DNA from: Deltaproteobacteria bacterium
Lineage (GTDB): Bacteria; JADJOY01
Direction of reading: 5' to 3'
NCBI GenBank assembly: GCA_016713535.1
Contig: JADJOY010000020.1
Span: forward strand, 42,900 to 106,899
DNA length: 64,000 nucleotides
In this document: piece after piece, positions 44,607 through 53,044 of the stretch
Layout: the number at the start of each line of letters is the position of its first letter
Position numbering within the stretch: position 1 is the first letter of the stretch
Position numbers and translations under genes: made by a program
Notes under the pieces: generated by a model
What the model saw: only the letters and a program-made list of their open reading frames with translations
Database searches by the model: none
Told to the model about the DNA's origin: nothing

Positions 44607-45688
44607 GCGCCGCTCCGGGGTGCCAGCACGCCGCGCTCGATCTGGTCGCGCTCCATCGCCTCGAAGAGCGCGCGGAAGTTCCCCTCGCCGAAGCCCTCGT
44701 CGCCGCGGCGCTCGATGATCTCGAAGAAGATCGGACCGATGACCGCCTCGGTGAAGATCTGCAGCAACAGCCGGCGCTCTCCCTGGGTGACGCCGTCGAC
44801 CAGGATCTGCAGCCGGCGCAGCTCCTCCACGTCGAGCCCGTGGCCCGGCAGCCGCGCGTCGAGGGCGTCGAAGTAGGCGTCGGGAGTGGCGAGGAAGCGC
44901 AGACCTCTCTCGCGCATGGCCCGCACCGTGGCGAAGATGTCGCGGCAGCCGAGCGCCACGTGCTGGATGCCCTCGCCGTGGTAGGCGTCGAGGTACGCCT
45001 GGATCTGCGAGCCACCCTCGGTGGGCTCGTTGACCGGAATGCGGATCTTCCCGCACGGGCTCACGAGCGCGCGGCTCAAGAGCCCCGTGAGCTGGCCGCG
45101 GATGTCGAAGTACCGGATCTCGCGGAAGCCGAAGAGCCGCTCGTAGAACTCGGCCCAGCGGTTCATGCGGCCCTTGAGGACGTTGTGCGTGAGGTGGTCG
45201 ACGTGAGTGAGCCCGACGTCGGCGGGAGGCGCCTCGCCGGTGGGCACGAAGTCGACGTCGTAGATGGTTCGATCCCCGTAGCGGTCGATCAGGTAGATGA
45301 GGCTGCCGCCGATGCCACGGATCGCCGGCAGGTTGAGCTCCATCGGCCCGACTCGCCCGCGCACCGGCTTGGCGCCGAGCGCGACTGCGCGCTCGAAGGC
45401 CCGCGCGGCGTCGCGGACGCGGAACGCGATCGCGCAGATCGAAGGGCCGTGCACGCGCGCGAACGCCTGCGCGAAGCTCGACGGCTCGGCGTCGACCACG
45501 AAGTTGACCCCGCCCTGGCGATAGAGCGTGACGTCCTTCGAGCGGTGGCGGGCCACCGGCACCAGGCCCATCGCGCGGAACAACCCGTCGAGCGCCGTCG
45601 GATCGGTGGTGGCGTATTCGACGAACTCGAAGCCGTCGGTGCCCATCGGGTTGGCGATCGCGTCGCCGGACTGCGCCGGGGCCGGCAC
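44603..45688 (-). CDS. hppD: 4-hydroxyphenylpyruvate dioxygenase
   Basis: Near-collinear with Pseudomonas HPPD (NPMGTDGFEFVEY..., HRSKDVTLYRQG, GPMELNLPAIRGIGGS, IQHVALGCRDI, GFGEGNFRALFEAMERDQ). The proposed start is an internal GTG (VPAPAQSGDAIANPMG). Confidence 0.85.
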   Translation of the reverse strand: MPAPAQSGDAIANPMGTDGFEFVEYATTDPTALDGLFRAMGLVPVARHRSKDVTLYRQGGVNFVVDAEPSSFAQAFARVHGPSICAIAFRVRDAARAFERAVALGAKPVRGRVGPMELNLPAIRGIGGSLIYLIDRYGDRTIYDVDFVPTGEAPPADVGLTHVDHLTHNVLKGRMNRWAEFYERLFGFREIRYFDIRGQLTGLLSRALVSPCGKIRIPVNEPTEGGSQIQAYLDAYHGEGIQHVALGCRDIFATVRAMRERGLRFLATPDAYFDALDARLPGHGLDVEELRRLQILVDGVTQGERRLLLQIFTEAVIGPIFFEIIERRGDEGFGEGNFRALFEAMERDQIERGVLAPRSGA

Positions 45689-47483
45689 CTCGCCGGCGGG
45701 CGAAACCAGCTCGAGCCGCGGGAGCGCCGCGGCAGCGCCGGGCGCGGTCGCGAGGGCGCGTGCGAGGAGCGGCGGGCCCGATTCCCCCGCGGGTGTTCGC
45801 GCCACGAGCGCCTCGAGCTCACCGGCCAGCCCGGCCCGCAGCGCCTCTCCGTCGCCACCGGCCGCGCTCGCGATGCCGAGCAGCTCCCAGCGCAGCAGCC
45901 ACTCGTCGGCATGGCGGCGGCGGAGCGCCCCCGCGATCCGCTGGAGCCCCGGCAACGCGGCCCGCGGATCGCGGTCGTCGGCGAGGGCGCGCGCTTGGCG
46001 ATGGAGCCGGAGCAGGCCGCGCTGGGATGCGGGCCGGCTGCGGCGCGGCGGGAGCCGTCGCGCCGGGAACGACGTCGCGGGCCAGAACCTCGGGTCGGCC
46101 GGACCGGCGAATCCCGCGGTCACGGCGGAGCCGAGCGGCATCACCCACGGCGAGCGTGTGATCGGTAGCGCGAGCGATCCGCGCTTGGCGCTGGCACCCG
46201 CCCACACCAGCGCTACCGGTCGCCCGTCGGGCGCGCGCACCACGTCGACGACGCGGCCGGCGATCGTGACGCCCGAGCGGAATCGCAGCTCGACCGAGCC
46301 CGCCGGGCCAGCCCGCGTCGCGTGGCGTCGCAACCCGTCGCGGTCGAGCGATGCGGGATCGCTGCCGTCCGCGAGCGGACCGAGCGGCAACGCGACCCCG
46401 CCGCGGTGACGGCGCGTCCCTTGGCCGGCGAGCTCGCGATCGTCCCACGCCAGCGCCGCGGGGCCAGCGACCTCGATCCACGCCGGCTCGTCGAGGTCGC
46501 CGCGCACGCGCTCGACCACGCCGGTCACTTCCACCCCCGTGTCGAGCACCAGCGTCGCGACCTCGTGGCTCGCGAGCGCCGCCTCGAGCGCCACCGCGCC
46601 GCCCCGGCGCTGCGCGAGCGTGGCGGTGACCTCGTCGAGCACCTCCTCGAGGTGCTCGAACGAACGCGCCACGAAGAGCTGCGGCTGCGGCCGCGTGATG
46701 TCGTAGCCGACGTCGATGCAGGCCGCCTCGAGCGGGCGCTTTCGCACGGCCGGCGACTGACAGCTCGCGCTCTCGCCCAGCGACGAGAGCAGCCCCGCGC
46801 CGAAGATCCGGAAGTCGTCGAGCTCGCCGACCAGTCCGTACTCGACGGTCCACCAGTGCAGCCGCGCGATGCGCGCCGACTCGCTCAGCCGGCGCGCCCC
46901 CGCGCGCGCCTCCTCGAACGCGCGCTCGGCGCGAGCCCGCTCGTGGGGGGTGGCGCTGGGGTCCTCCTTCACCACCGACAGCTCGTGGATCGCGGTGAAG
47001 AGCCGCCCGTCGCTCGGCAGCGAGAACGCGCGCGCCGATCGCGCCGATCCGCTCGAGGAACCGGCGGTACGCGGCGTCGATCAGGATCGGCGCGTGGCCG
47101 GCAGCCTCGTGGACGATGTCGGGCGCGGGGGTATACGCGAGGTGCTCGGGAGTGCGGACGTCCCCGGCGATCGGCAGGATCGCGTGGGCCTGGAACTCCA
47201 GGAACGCCCTGGGCGGGATGAATCCGTCGACGCACACCGCGCCCCAGCCGAGCTCGCCGAGCCGGCGATCGATCTCGCCGATTCGCGGGATGCGCTCGCG
47301 CGAGATCCCGGTGGCCGCCAACCCCGCCGCATACGCCGGATGGGCAGCGTCGCCGAGCGCTCCCTCGATCTGGCCGAGGATGAAGCGCCACACCGCCTGA
47401 TCGATCTCGTCGTAGGCACGATCGTCGTGTACCGCGACGAAGCGGCGTAGGTGAGCGGGAACTCGTCCGCGCGTGTCGCTCAT
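45689..47483 (-). CDS. phhA: Phenylalanine-4-hydroxylase (PhhA catalytic core, about 47483-46640) followed in frame by a roughly 300-aa uncharacterised coding extension that runs without a stop into hppD. Frameshift near 46940.
   Basis: Aromatic amino-acid hydroxylase motifs YTPAPDIVHEAAGHAPIL (iron ligands), LHWWTVEYGLV, FGAGLLSS and DITRPQPQLFVARSFE. The extension has high GC3. Confidence 0.7.
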
Positions 47484-47633
47484 GGGAGAGAGCCGCGGGG
47501 AATGCGTCGAGCCTGCGCCGTCAGTATGACCGGCCGGACCGGGCACCGCTCGCGTGCGCCATCCGTGACATTCTTGTGACGACCACATCACGGCCGGCGC
47601 CGCCTCGCGGGCGCCCCACGAGAGGGATCCCGG

Positions 47634-48218
47634 ATGGCCTGGACGAAACGCTTCGCCGCGTGCGGCCTGCTCGCGAGCATCTTCTCCCTGCCCGCGTGCG
47701 CCGGTGACGGCGGCTCCTCGTCGAGCTTCCCGCCTGGCGTGCCGAGCGTGGTCTTCGACATCGACGGCACGCTCACGCCAACGCCGGTCAACCTGTTCGG
47801 CGTGCGTCTCGACGCGGCACGCGCGGTCCGGGCGTACGTGGACAAGGGCTACGCAGTGATCTACGCCACGGCGCGGCCGCTGCTCTTCGAGGACTACACC
47901 GGCAACTGGCTCGCGACCAACGGCTTCCCGGACCTACCGCTCCACATGGCCACGCTCGAGCAGAGCGGCGATCCCATCCCCTACAAGACCGCGCTGCTCG
48001 CGGCCCTCGAGCAAGACGAGGGCCGGGTGTTCGTGTACGGCTACGGCGACTCGACCACCGACTTCGCCGCCTACGCCGCGGTCGGGATTCCGGCAGCCGA
48101 GACCTGGGCGCTGCTGCGTGGCGGCGAGAGCGAGTGCCAGCCCGGCGACTACGAGGCGTGCATCCCCGGCTACACCGAGCACCTCGCCTACATCGAGGCC
48201 CAGCCGGACGTCGAGTAG
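47634..48218 (+). CDS. HAD-superfamily phosphatase lipoprotein (lipobox LPAC)
   Basis: HAD motif I VVFDIDGTLT and motif III YGDSTTD. Confidence 0.7.
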   Translation: MAWTKRFAACGLLASIFSLPACAGDGGSSSSFPPGVPSVVFDIDGTLTPTPVNLFGVRLDAARAVRAYVDKGYAVIYATARPLLFEDYTGNWLATNGFPDLPLHMATLEQSGDPIPYKTALLAALEQDEGRVFVYGYGDSTTDFAAYAAVGIPAAETWALLRGGESECQPGDYEACIPGYTEHLAYIEAQPDVE

Positions 48219-48276
48219 CCAGGGGGAAGTGCGCGGCCCGTGGCCTTCGGCGGGCATTCCCCGGAAGCGGGCCGGC

Positions 48277-48345
48277 GACGGGGGATGGAACCCCCGTCGC
48301 TACGATCACCGGCCGTTAGGTCGTCGTAGGGCGGGGCCTCCGCGC
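48277..48345 (+). repeat. REP-like three-hairpin element, family A copy
   Basis: GACGGGGGATGGAACCCCCGTC, GCTACGA...TCGTAGG and GCGGGG-cctccgc-GCCCCCGC, sitting between convergent gene ends. Confidence 0.65.
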
Positions 48346-48352
48346 CCCCGCC

Positions 48353-50098
48353 TCAGAGCTCTTCGAGGAAGACCGGCTCGAAACCGAGCTGGATCGTGAG
48401 CTCGTTACCGGGCGCCGAGAGCGTCTGCGTGGCCGGCGTGGTCTGCCCCGGCGCGGTCACGATCCTGGTGAGCTTCACACTCGCCGTGCCGACCGGGATC
48501 GCCACCGTCTCGCCGTTCGGCACCGCTGGATCCGCCGGAACCGGCCCGGCCTCGCTCCACGCCACGTACACCGGGCCGCCGCTCGGACGATCGAACTTGT
48601 AGACGCGCGTGAGGGGGTTGGCGCTCACGCCGAGCCGGTTCACCGCGGTCATCGACTGCAGCTCGTCCACCAGCAGCTTCATCGTGTAGTAGACGGGCTT
48701 GGTGGCGTAGTTGGTGGCCTTGGTGCCGAGCAGGTGCGAGTAGCCGAACCACCCGAAGATCGCCTGCTGGTCGAGGCACGACGTCAGGAACTGGTAGGCG
48801 CACGGGTCGTTGGATCCCGAGAACGACACGCGCTCGGCGCCCGCGCCGAGCGCGGTCGTGAACGACTTGACCGCTCCCCGCGCGCCCTTGGCGTTGTACC
48901 AGTTCACGATCGTGGCGTTGTTGGCCTTCAGCCCGTCGGCGAGGGTCACGTAGTCGGGGACCGTGGCGTTCGGGAAGTCACCCTCGATCTGCTCGCCGCC
49001 GATGAACTCGGTCCAGCCACCGAGCGGCGAGGTGCGCGCGAACATGTTGGACCACATGTCGTCCACGAAGATCGGCTTGGACGGCGCGTACTGCTGGATC
49101 AGCGCCAGGCTCTGATCGATGGCGCGCCAGCCGTTGTGCGGGTGCCACTCGATGTAGTCGCACTTGATGCCGTCGGAGTCGTCGCCGAGGGCGGTCAGGA
49201 GCTGGACCAACCCGTCGAAGCCGGCGCGGAAGATCGCGCCCTTGGGATTGGCGCCGTCGAGGCGTGCGGACACCGTGCTGCCCGGTCCGGGGTTGGAGGC
49301 GGGGTAGTTCGGGAAGTCGGAGTAGAGGTCGAAGAGCAGGCCGCCGCTGCCGACCAGCTTCGAGAGGCCGCTGGGGTCGGCCTCGTGGATGGCCTCGTAG
49401 GTGATCTCGTGGAGGCGGATCAGGTTGGGGATCGAATCGTCCCAGAAGCCGTAGCCGAGGGCCTCCGCGTAGTCGCCGCTGCCCTCGGTCCCCTCGAACG
49501 CGACCTCTTGGTCCATCACGTAGAACTCGATCGGGACCGTGAGGCCCGGCATGTCTTCGAGCCCGTCGCCGTCGTAGCGCTCGACGACGGCCTTGATGTA
49601 GTCCTTCCAGGCCTGCTCGTGGGCGGCGTCGGGCGCGCAGTCGTCGATGCCCGGACCATCGACGCAGTCGGGGTTCGCGAGCTGCGACCACGCCGCGGTG
49701 GGGCGCAGGTTCCACACCACCGAGAAGCCCTTGGCGCCGATCGTCTGCACCGGCGGATCGGACTGGCTGAAGTCGTAGGGCGAGGTGGGCGTGGGCTGCA
49801 TGGTGGCCCAGCCGCCGCCGATCTCGTTGACGTTGACCCCACCGCGCACCGGCTGGTTGGCGGTGACCACCGCCAGCTTGTCGAGGAGGGTGGCGTGCTG
49901 TGCCGGCGTGACCGTGGGCGCGAAGAGCTCCCAGTACTCGAAGCCGAACCGCCACGGCGGCACCACCGACGTCCCCGGGCCGTTCGAAGCGGTGGCTCCC
50001 GGCGCGACGATCAACGTCGCCGCCGCCACCAGCCCCGCGCCCGCCCCCGCGAGCATTCCCGCCCGCGTCACCATCCGTACCCAGCTCCGCCGCTTCAT
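48353..50098 (-). CDS. Secreted TIM-barrel glycoside-hydrolase-like protein (family not assigned)
   Basis: Signal peptide MKRRSWVRMVTRAGMLAGAGAGLVAAATLIVAPGATAS. Long coding-like body. The upstream 230 codons of the ORF are junk. Confidence 0.65.
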   Translation of the reverse strand: MKRRSWVRMVTRAGMLAGAGAGLVAAATLIVAPGATASNGPGTSVVPPWRFGFEYWELFAPTVTPAQHATLLDKLAVVTANQPVRGGVNVNEIGGGWATMQPTPTSPYDFSQSDPPVQTIGAKGFSVVWNLRPTAAWSQLANPDCVDGPGIDDCAPDAAHEQAWKDYIKAVVERYDGDGLEDMPGLTVPIEFYVMDQEVAFEGTEGSGDYAEALGYGFWDDSIPNLIRLHEITYEAIHEADPSGLSKLVGSGGLLFDLYSDFPNYPASNPGPGSTVSARLDGANPKGAIFRAGFDGLVQLLTALGDDSDGIKCDYIEWHPHNGWRAIDQSLALIQQYAPSKPIFVDDMWSNMFARTSPLGGWTEFIGGEQIEGDFPNATVPDYVTLADGLKANNATIVNWYNAKGARGAVKSFTTALGAGAERVSFSGSNDPCAYQFLTSCLDQQAIFGWFGYSHLLGTKATNYATKPVYYTMKLLVDELQSMTAVNRLGVSANPLTRVYKFDRPSGGPVYVAWSEAGPVPADPAVPNGETVAIPVGTASVKLTRIVTAPGQTTPATQTLSAPGNELTIQLGFEPVFLEEL

Positions 50099-50284
50099 TC
50101 GCCCCTCATCCGGCCGTGGTTCGTCGATCCGTTCGCGAGTCGAACCGAAATCCCTCGGCCGGCGTACAGCATACGCCGCGGCCCGGTTGGCCCGCATCCT
50201 CGACGACGGGAATACGGGCCGTCCCGTGGACCGGTTCGAACGCGCTTTGGTACGCTCCACGTCACCTCCTGGAGGGGACCACCC

Positions 50285-51788
50285 ATGAAGCTGGCTTCCT
50301 CGGCGCTCCGGCGCGCGCTCGGCGTCCTCCTCCTGCTCGTTCTCGTGCCGTGCACGGCGGGCGCGACCACCCACTGGGCGAAGCTCGCGCCCGGGGACGG
50401 CCAGCAATTCGACACCTTCGGGCTCGCGGTCGCGATCGACGGCGACACCATCATCGTCTCGAAGGGCACCGTGATCCCGCAGTCGGGACCGGGCTGGCTC
50501 TACGCGTTCACGCGCAGCGGCGGGAAGTGGACCCAGGCGCAGAAGTTCCAGCCGAGCGGCATCCAGCCAGGCGAGTGGTTCGGCGCCCTCGACCTGGAGG
50601 GCACGACACTGGTGGGCTCGAGCGCGCCGCAGCTCAACACGCTCGGCTCGAACGCCGCCTCGGCCTACGTGTTCGAGAAGAGCGGCTCGACGTGGGCGGC
50701 CACCCAGAAGCTCCCCCTCCGATCCGGGCGCGCAGGACGACTTCGGCTCGTGGATCGCGGTGAGCGGCACCACGCTGGCGGTGGGTGCCGGGCGCAAGGC
50801 CGATCAGGGGCTCGGCTCGGGCGCGGTGTACGTGTTCGAGAAGGGCGGCACCGGCTGGACCCAGACCCAGAAGCTCGTGGCGGGCGATGGCACCCAGGGC
50901 GCGATGTTCGGCACCAGCGTCGACATCGACGGCTCGACGATCGTGGTCGGCGCACCCGGTGATCCCAGCCACGGCAACCTCACCGGCGCGGTGTACGTCT
51001 TCCAGAAGACCTCGGGCGTGTGGAACCAGACCCAGAAGCTGATCGCGAGCGACGCCACCGCGAACCAGTTCCTCGGCGACCGGGTGGCGCTCTCCGGCAC
51101 CTCGCTGGTGGCGAGCGCCTGGGGTACCGCCACCCAGGGCAACACCGCGGGCGCGGTGTACGCGTGGGAGCTGGCGAGCGGCAGCTTCGCTCAGAGCCAG
51201 AAGATCATCCCCGCCGACACCGGCGCCCAGGACCGCTTCGGCGCCGCGCTGGCGCTGAAGAACGGAAGCCTCGTGGTCGGCGCGGTCGGCGACGACGACC
51301 GCGGCCCCAACACCGGCGCGGCCTACGTCTTCACCAAGCCGGGTGCGACGTGGACGCAGCTCGAGAAGCTCACCGCGTCGGACAGCACCAGCGACGAGGA
51401 CTACGCGGCCGCCGTGGCGACCAACGGCAACTGGATGGTGGTGGCGGCGGACGCCAACGGCCTCGGGCTGGTCGGCTCCTCCTACGTCTACGGCAAGACC
51501 GACGCCGACGGCGACGGCTACCCGGTCGAGGTCGACTGCCTCGACACCAACGCGAACGTGAACCCCGGTAAGACCGAGGTCCCCAACAACGGGATCGACG
51601 ACGACTGCAACGCTGCCACCCCCGATACGACTGGCTGCGGCCGCGTCGCCGGCGGCATGACCGGTGGCGCGGTGCCGTTCGCGGTGGCAGCCGTGGGGCT
51701 GGCCGCCGTGCGGTTCGGCTTCCGCCGCCGCCCTCGCCCAGCCGACCGATGGAGCGCCGGCAGGTTGGGTGTGCCGAGGGCGCAGTAG
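50285..51788 (+). CDS. Secreted FG-GAP repeat protein with MopE-type motif and MYXO-CTERM tag; frameshift near 50720 at CCCCC
   Basis: MKLASSALRRALGVLLLLVLVPCTAGA. Repeated GSAYVFEKSG..W motifs. C-terminus NNGIDDDCNAATPDTTGCGRVAGGMTGGAVPFAVAAVGLAAVRFGFRRRPRP. Confidence 0.75.
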
Positions 51789-51818
51789 GTGACCGGAGCA
51801 GTAGGTGACACGTAGAAG

Positions 51819-52139
51819 GTGACACTCATTTTGCCGAGTCGTAAACGACGAGAGCCTGCGGACGGAGCCTCAGGGAAACCCAGATTCATTTCCTCGTTAC
51901 TCGCTACGTGTGCGGCGGTCGGGGGGTTGGTCATCATCGTGCCGTTGATCGATCGATACCTTGTTGCTCTCTCATTGGACGTCTCGATGCTGCCCTTCAT
52001 GCCTGGCGCTCTCCTCGTGTCGATGTTGGGAGGTGACGCCCTTGATATCAGCCGGATGCAGATCTTTGCAGCAAACGTCCCGGTGTACACGCTTGTCGTT
52101 CACATTGTTCGCCTCGCCCTGTATCAGCGGCACGCATAG
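51819..52139 (+). CDS. Small 2-TM membrane protein of foreign codon usage, hypothetical
   Basis: GTG start lies inside the GGTGACACTCAT repeat. GC3 is low, so the coding call is uncertain. Confidence 0.3.
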   Translation: MTLILPSRKRREPADGASGKPRFISSLLATCAAVGGLVIIVPLIDRYLVALSLDVSMLPFMPGALLVSMLGGDALDISRMQIFAANVPVYTLVVHIVRLALYQRHA

Positions 52140-52417
52140 CCCTCGGGAGGGTTCCGCTCGCCTTCCCCACGGTGCCAATCGGGATCGCGCGCAATAGGTG
52201 ACACTCATCTCCTCCTCGTCCGTCCAGGAGCTGCTTGGCCACGGTACCGTCGCCACGCCGGATCCGCACTTCGAACTCACCATCACCGATCTCGAGGAAG
52301 CGCACGCGAGGTATCATCCGAGGAAGCGGGCCGATGGGCTGACCCGCCCGCGTTGAGAGCCTTGGATCCCGCCGCTACACTCGAACCTTGGCGTCCGCAT
52401 CCAAGGAGACACCGGCC

Positions 52418-52640
52418 ATGATCTTCCACGTCGTACTCGAGCCACCCGATGATCGCGGGTGGATCGTGGTGCGGTGCCCAGCGCTGCCGGGTTGTGTATC
52501 GCAGGGCAAGACGGAGAAGGAGGCCCTCGAAATATCAAGGAGGCGATCGTCGGCTGGCTCCACGTCGAGGATCAACGAGCGATCGCGGCCGAGCCTCGCA
52601 AGGGGAGCCGCTGGTTCCCATCGCCGTCGCAGTGTGAACG
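52418..52640 (+). pseudogene. hicB: HicB-family (UPF0150) antitoxin, disrupted by a 1-bp frameshift near 52535 (gaaatatc, expected gaaaatatc)
   Basis: SD AAGGAG. MIFHVVLEPPDDRGWIVVRCPALPGCVSQGKTEKEALE, then in the +2 frame NIKEAIVGWLHVEDQ..., restoring the HicB consensus EALENIKEAI. Confidence 0.55.
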
Positions 52641-52644
52641 CGAC

Positions 52645-52866
52645 GTGGGCAAGCTCGGAAACATCTCAGCGAAAGAAGCGGTGAAGGCATTCCGTCGAGC
52701 AGGCTGGCGACCGTCGATCCAAGTCGGGAGCCATCCCACCCTCATCAAGCCCGGTCACCGGGCGCATCTTTCGATCCCGATGCACCGCGAGCTTGCCGTG
52801 GGCACGCTGCGATCGCTCATCCGCGACGCGGAGATGACAGTCGACGAGTTTCTCGCGCTCCTTTGA
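52645..52866 (+). CDS. hicA: HicA-family mRNA-interferase toxin
   Basis: ...AKEAVKAFRRAGWRPSIQVGSHPTLIKPGHRAHLSIPMHRELAVGTLRSLIRDAEMTVDEFLALL matches the HicA/YcfA fold consensus (GW...GSHH...P.H..ei..gtl..i...agl). The start is uncertain (GTG 52645 or 52678). Confidence 0.6.
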   Translation: MGKLGNISAKEAVKAFRRAGWRPSIQVGSHPTLIKPGHRAHLSIPMHRELAVGTLRSLIRDAEMTVDEFLALL

Positions 52867-53044
52867 CCGCTGCTGCCAGGGCGGCGGCCCCCGGGAGGGC
52901 CACCAGCAGTCGGCGTCGTGGGGCCACCTGCGATGATCGCGAACGATCGAGCGCAGAACGTCAGGTTGGGGACCCGCGTAACGCGAAGCCGACGCCCCTG
53001 GAGCGTGTGAAGGCCCGTCTGGGCCTCTGAGCCGCGCCGTTACC

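Larger units (their letters stand above)
51789..53040. other. Low-GC (about 58-60%) islet between core genes, probable horizontally acquired remnant carrying a hicBA-like TA module and AGGTGAC(ACTCAT) direct repeats
   Basis: GC content drops abruptly. TAGGTGAC occurs three times within 45 bp at 51785-51832, and GGTGACACTCAT recurs at about 52197. No integrase or transposase is present. Confidence 0.55.

Noticed and set aside
12501-48345. Possible CRISPR array built from the repeated hairpin elements
   Set aside because: The repeats are dispersed tens of kb apart and unevenly spaced, and they belong to several families. There are no spacer-repeat units and no cas genes.
51518-52317. Minus-strand ORFs across the low-GC islet (51518..52090, 51972..52286, 52048..52317)
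   Set aside because: No motifs and mixed codon usage. They overlap the repeat motifs and cannot be supported as genes; the last one (MIPRVRFLEIGDGEFEVRI...) remains a weak possibility.
51789-53040. Prophage or IS element interpretation of the low-GC islet
   Set aside because: No integrase, transposase, recombinase or terminal inverted repeats are present. Only a TA module and short direct repeats are found, so it is called a degraded islet.
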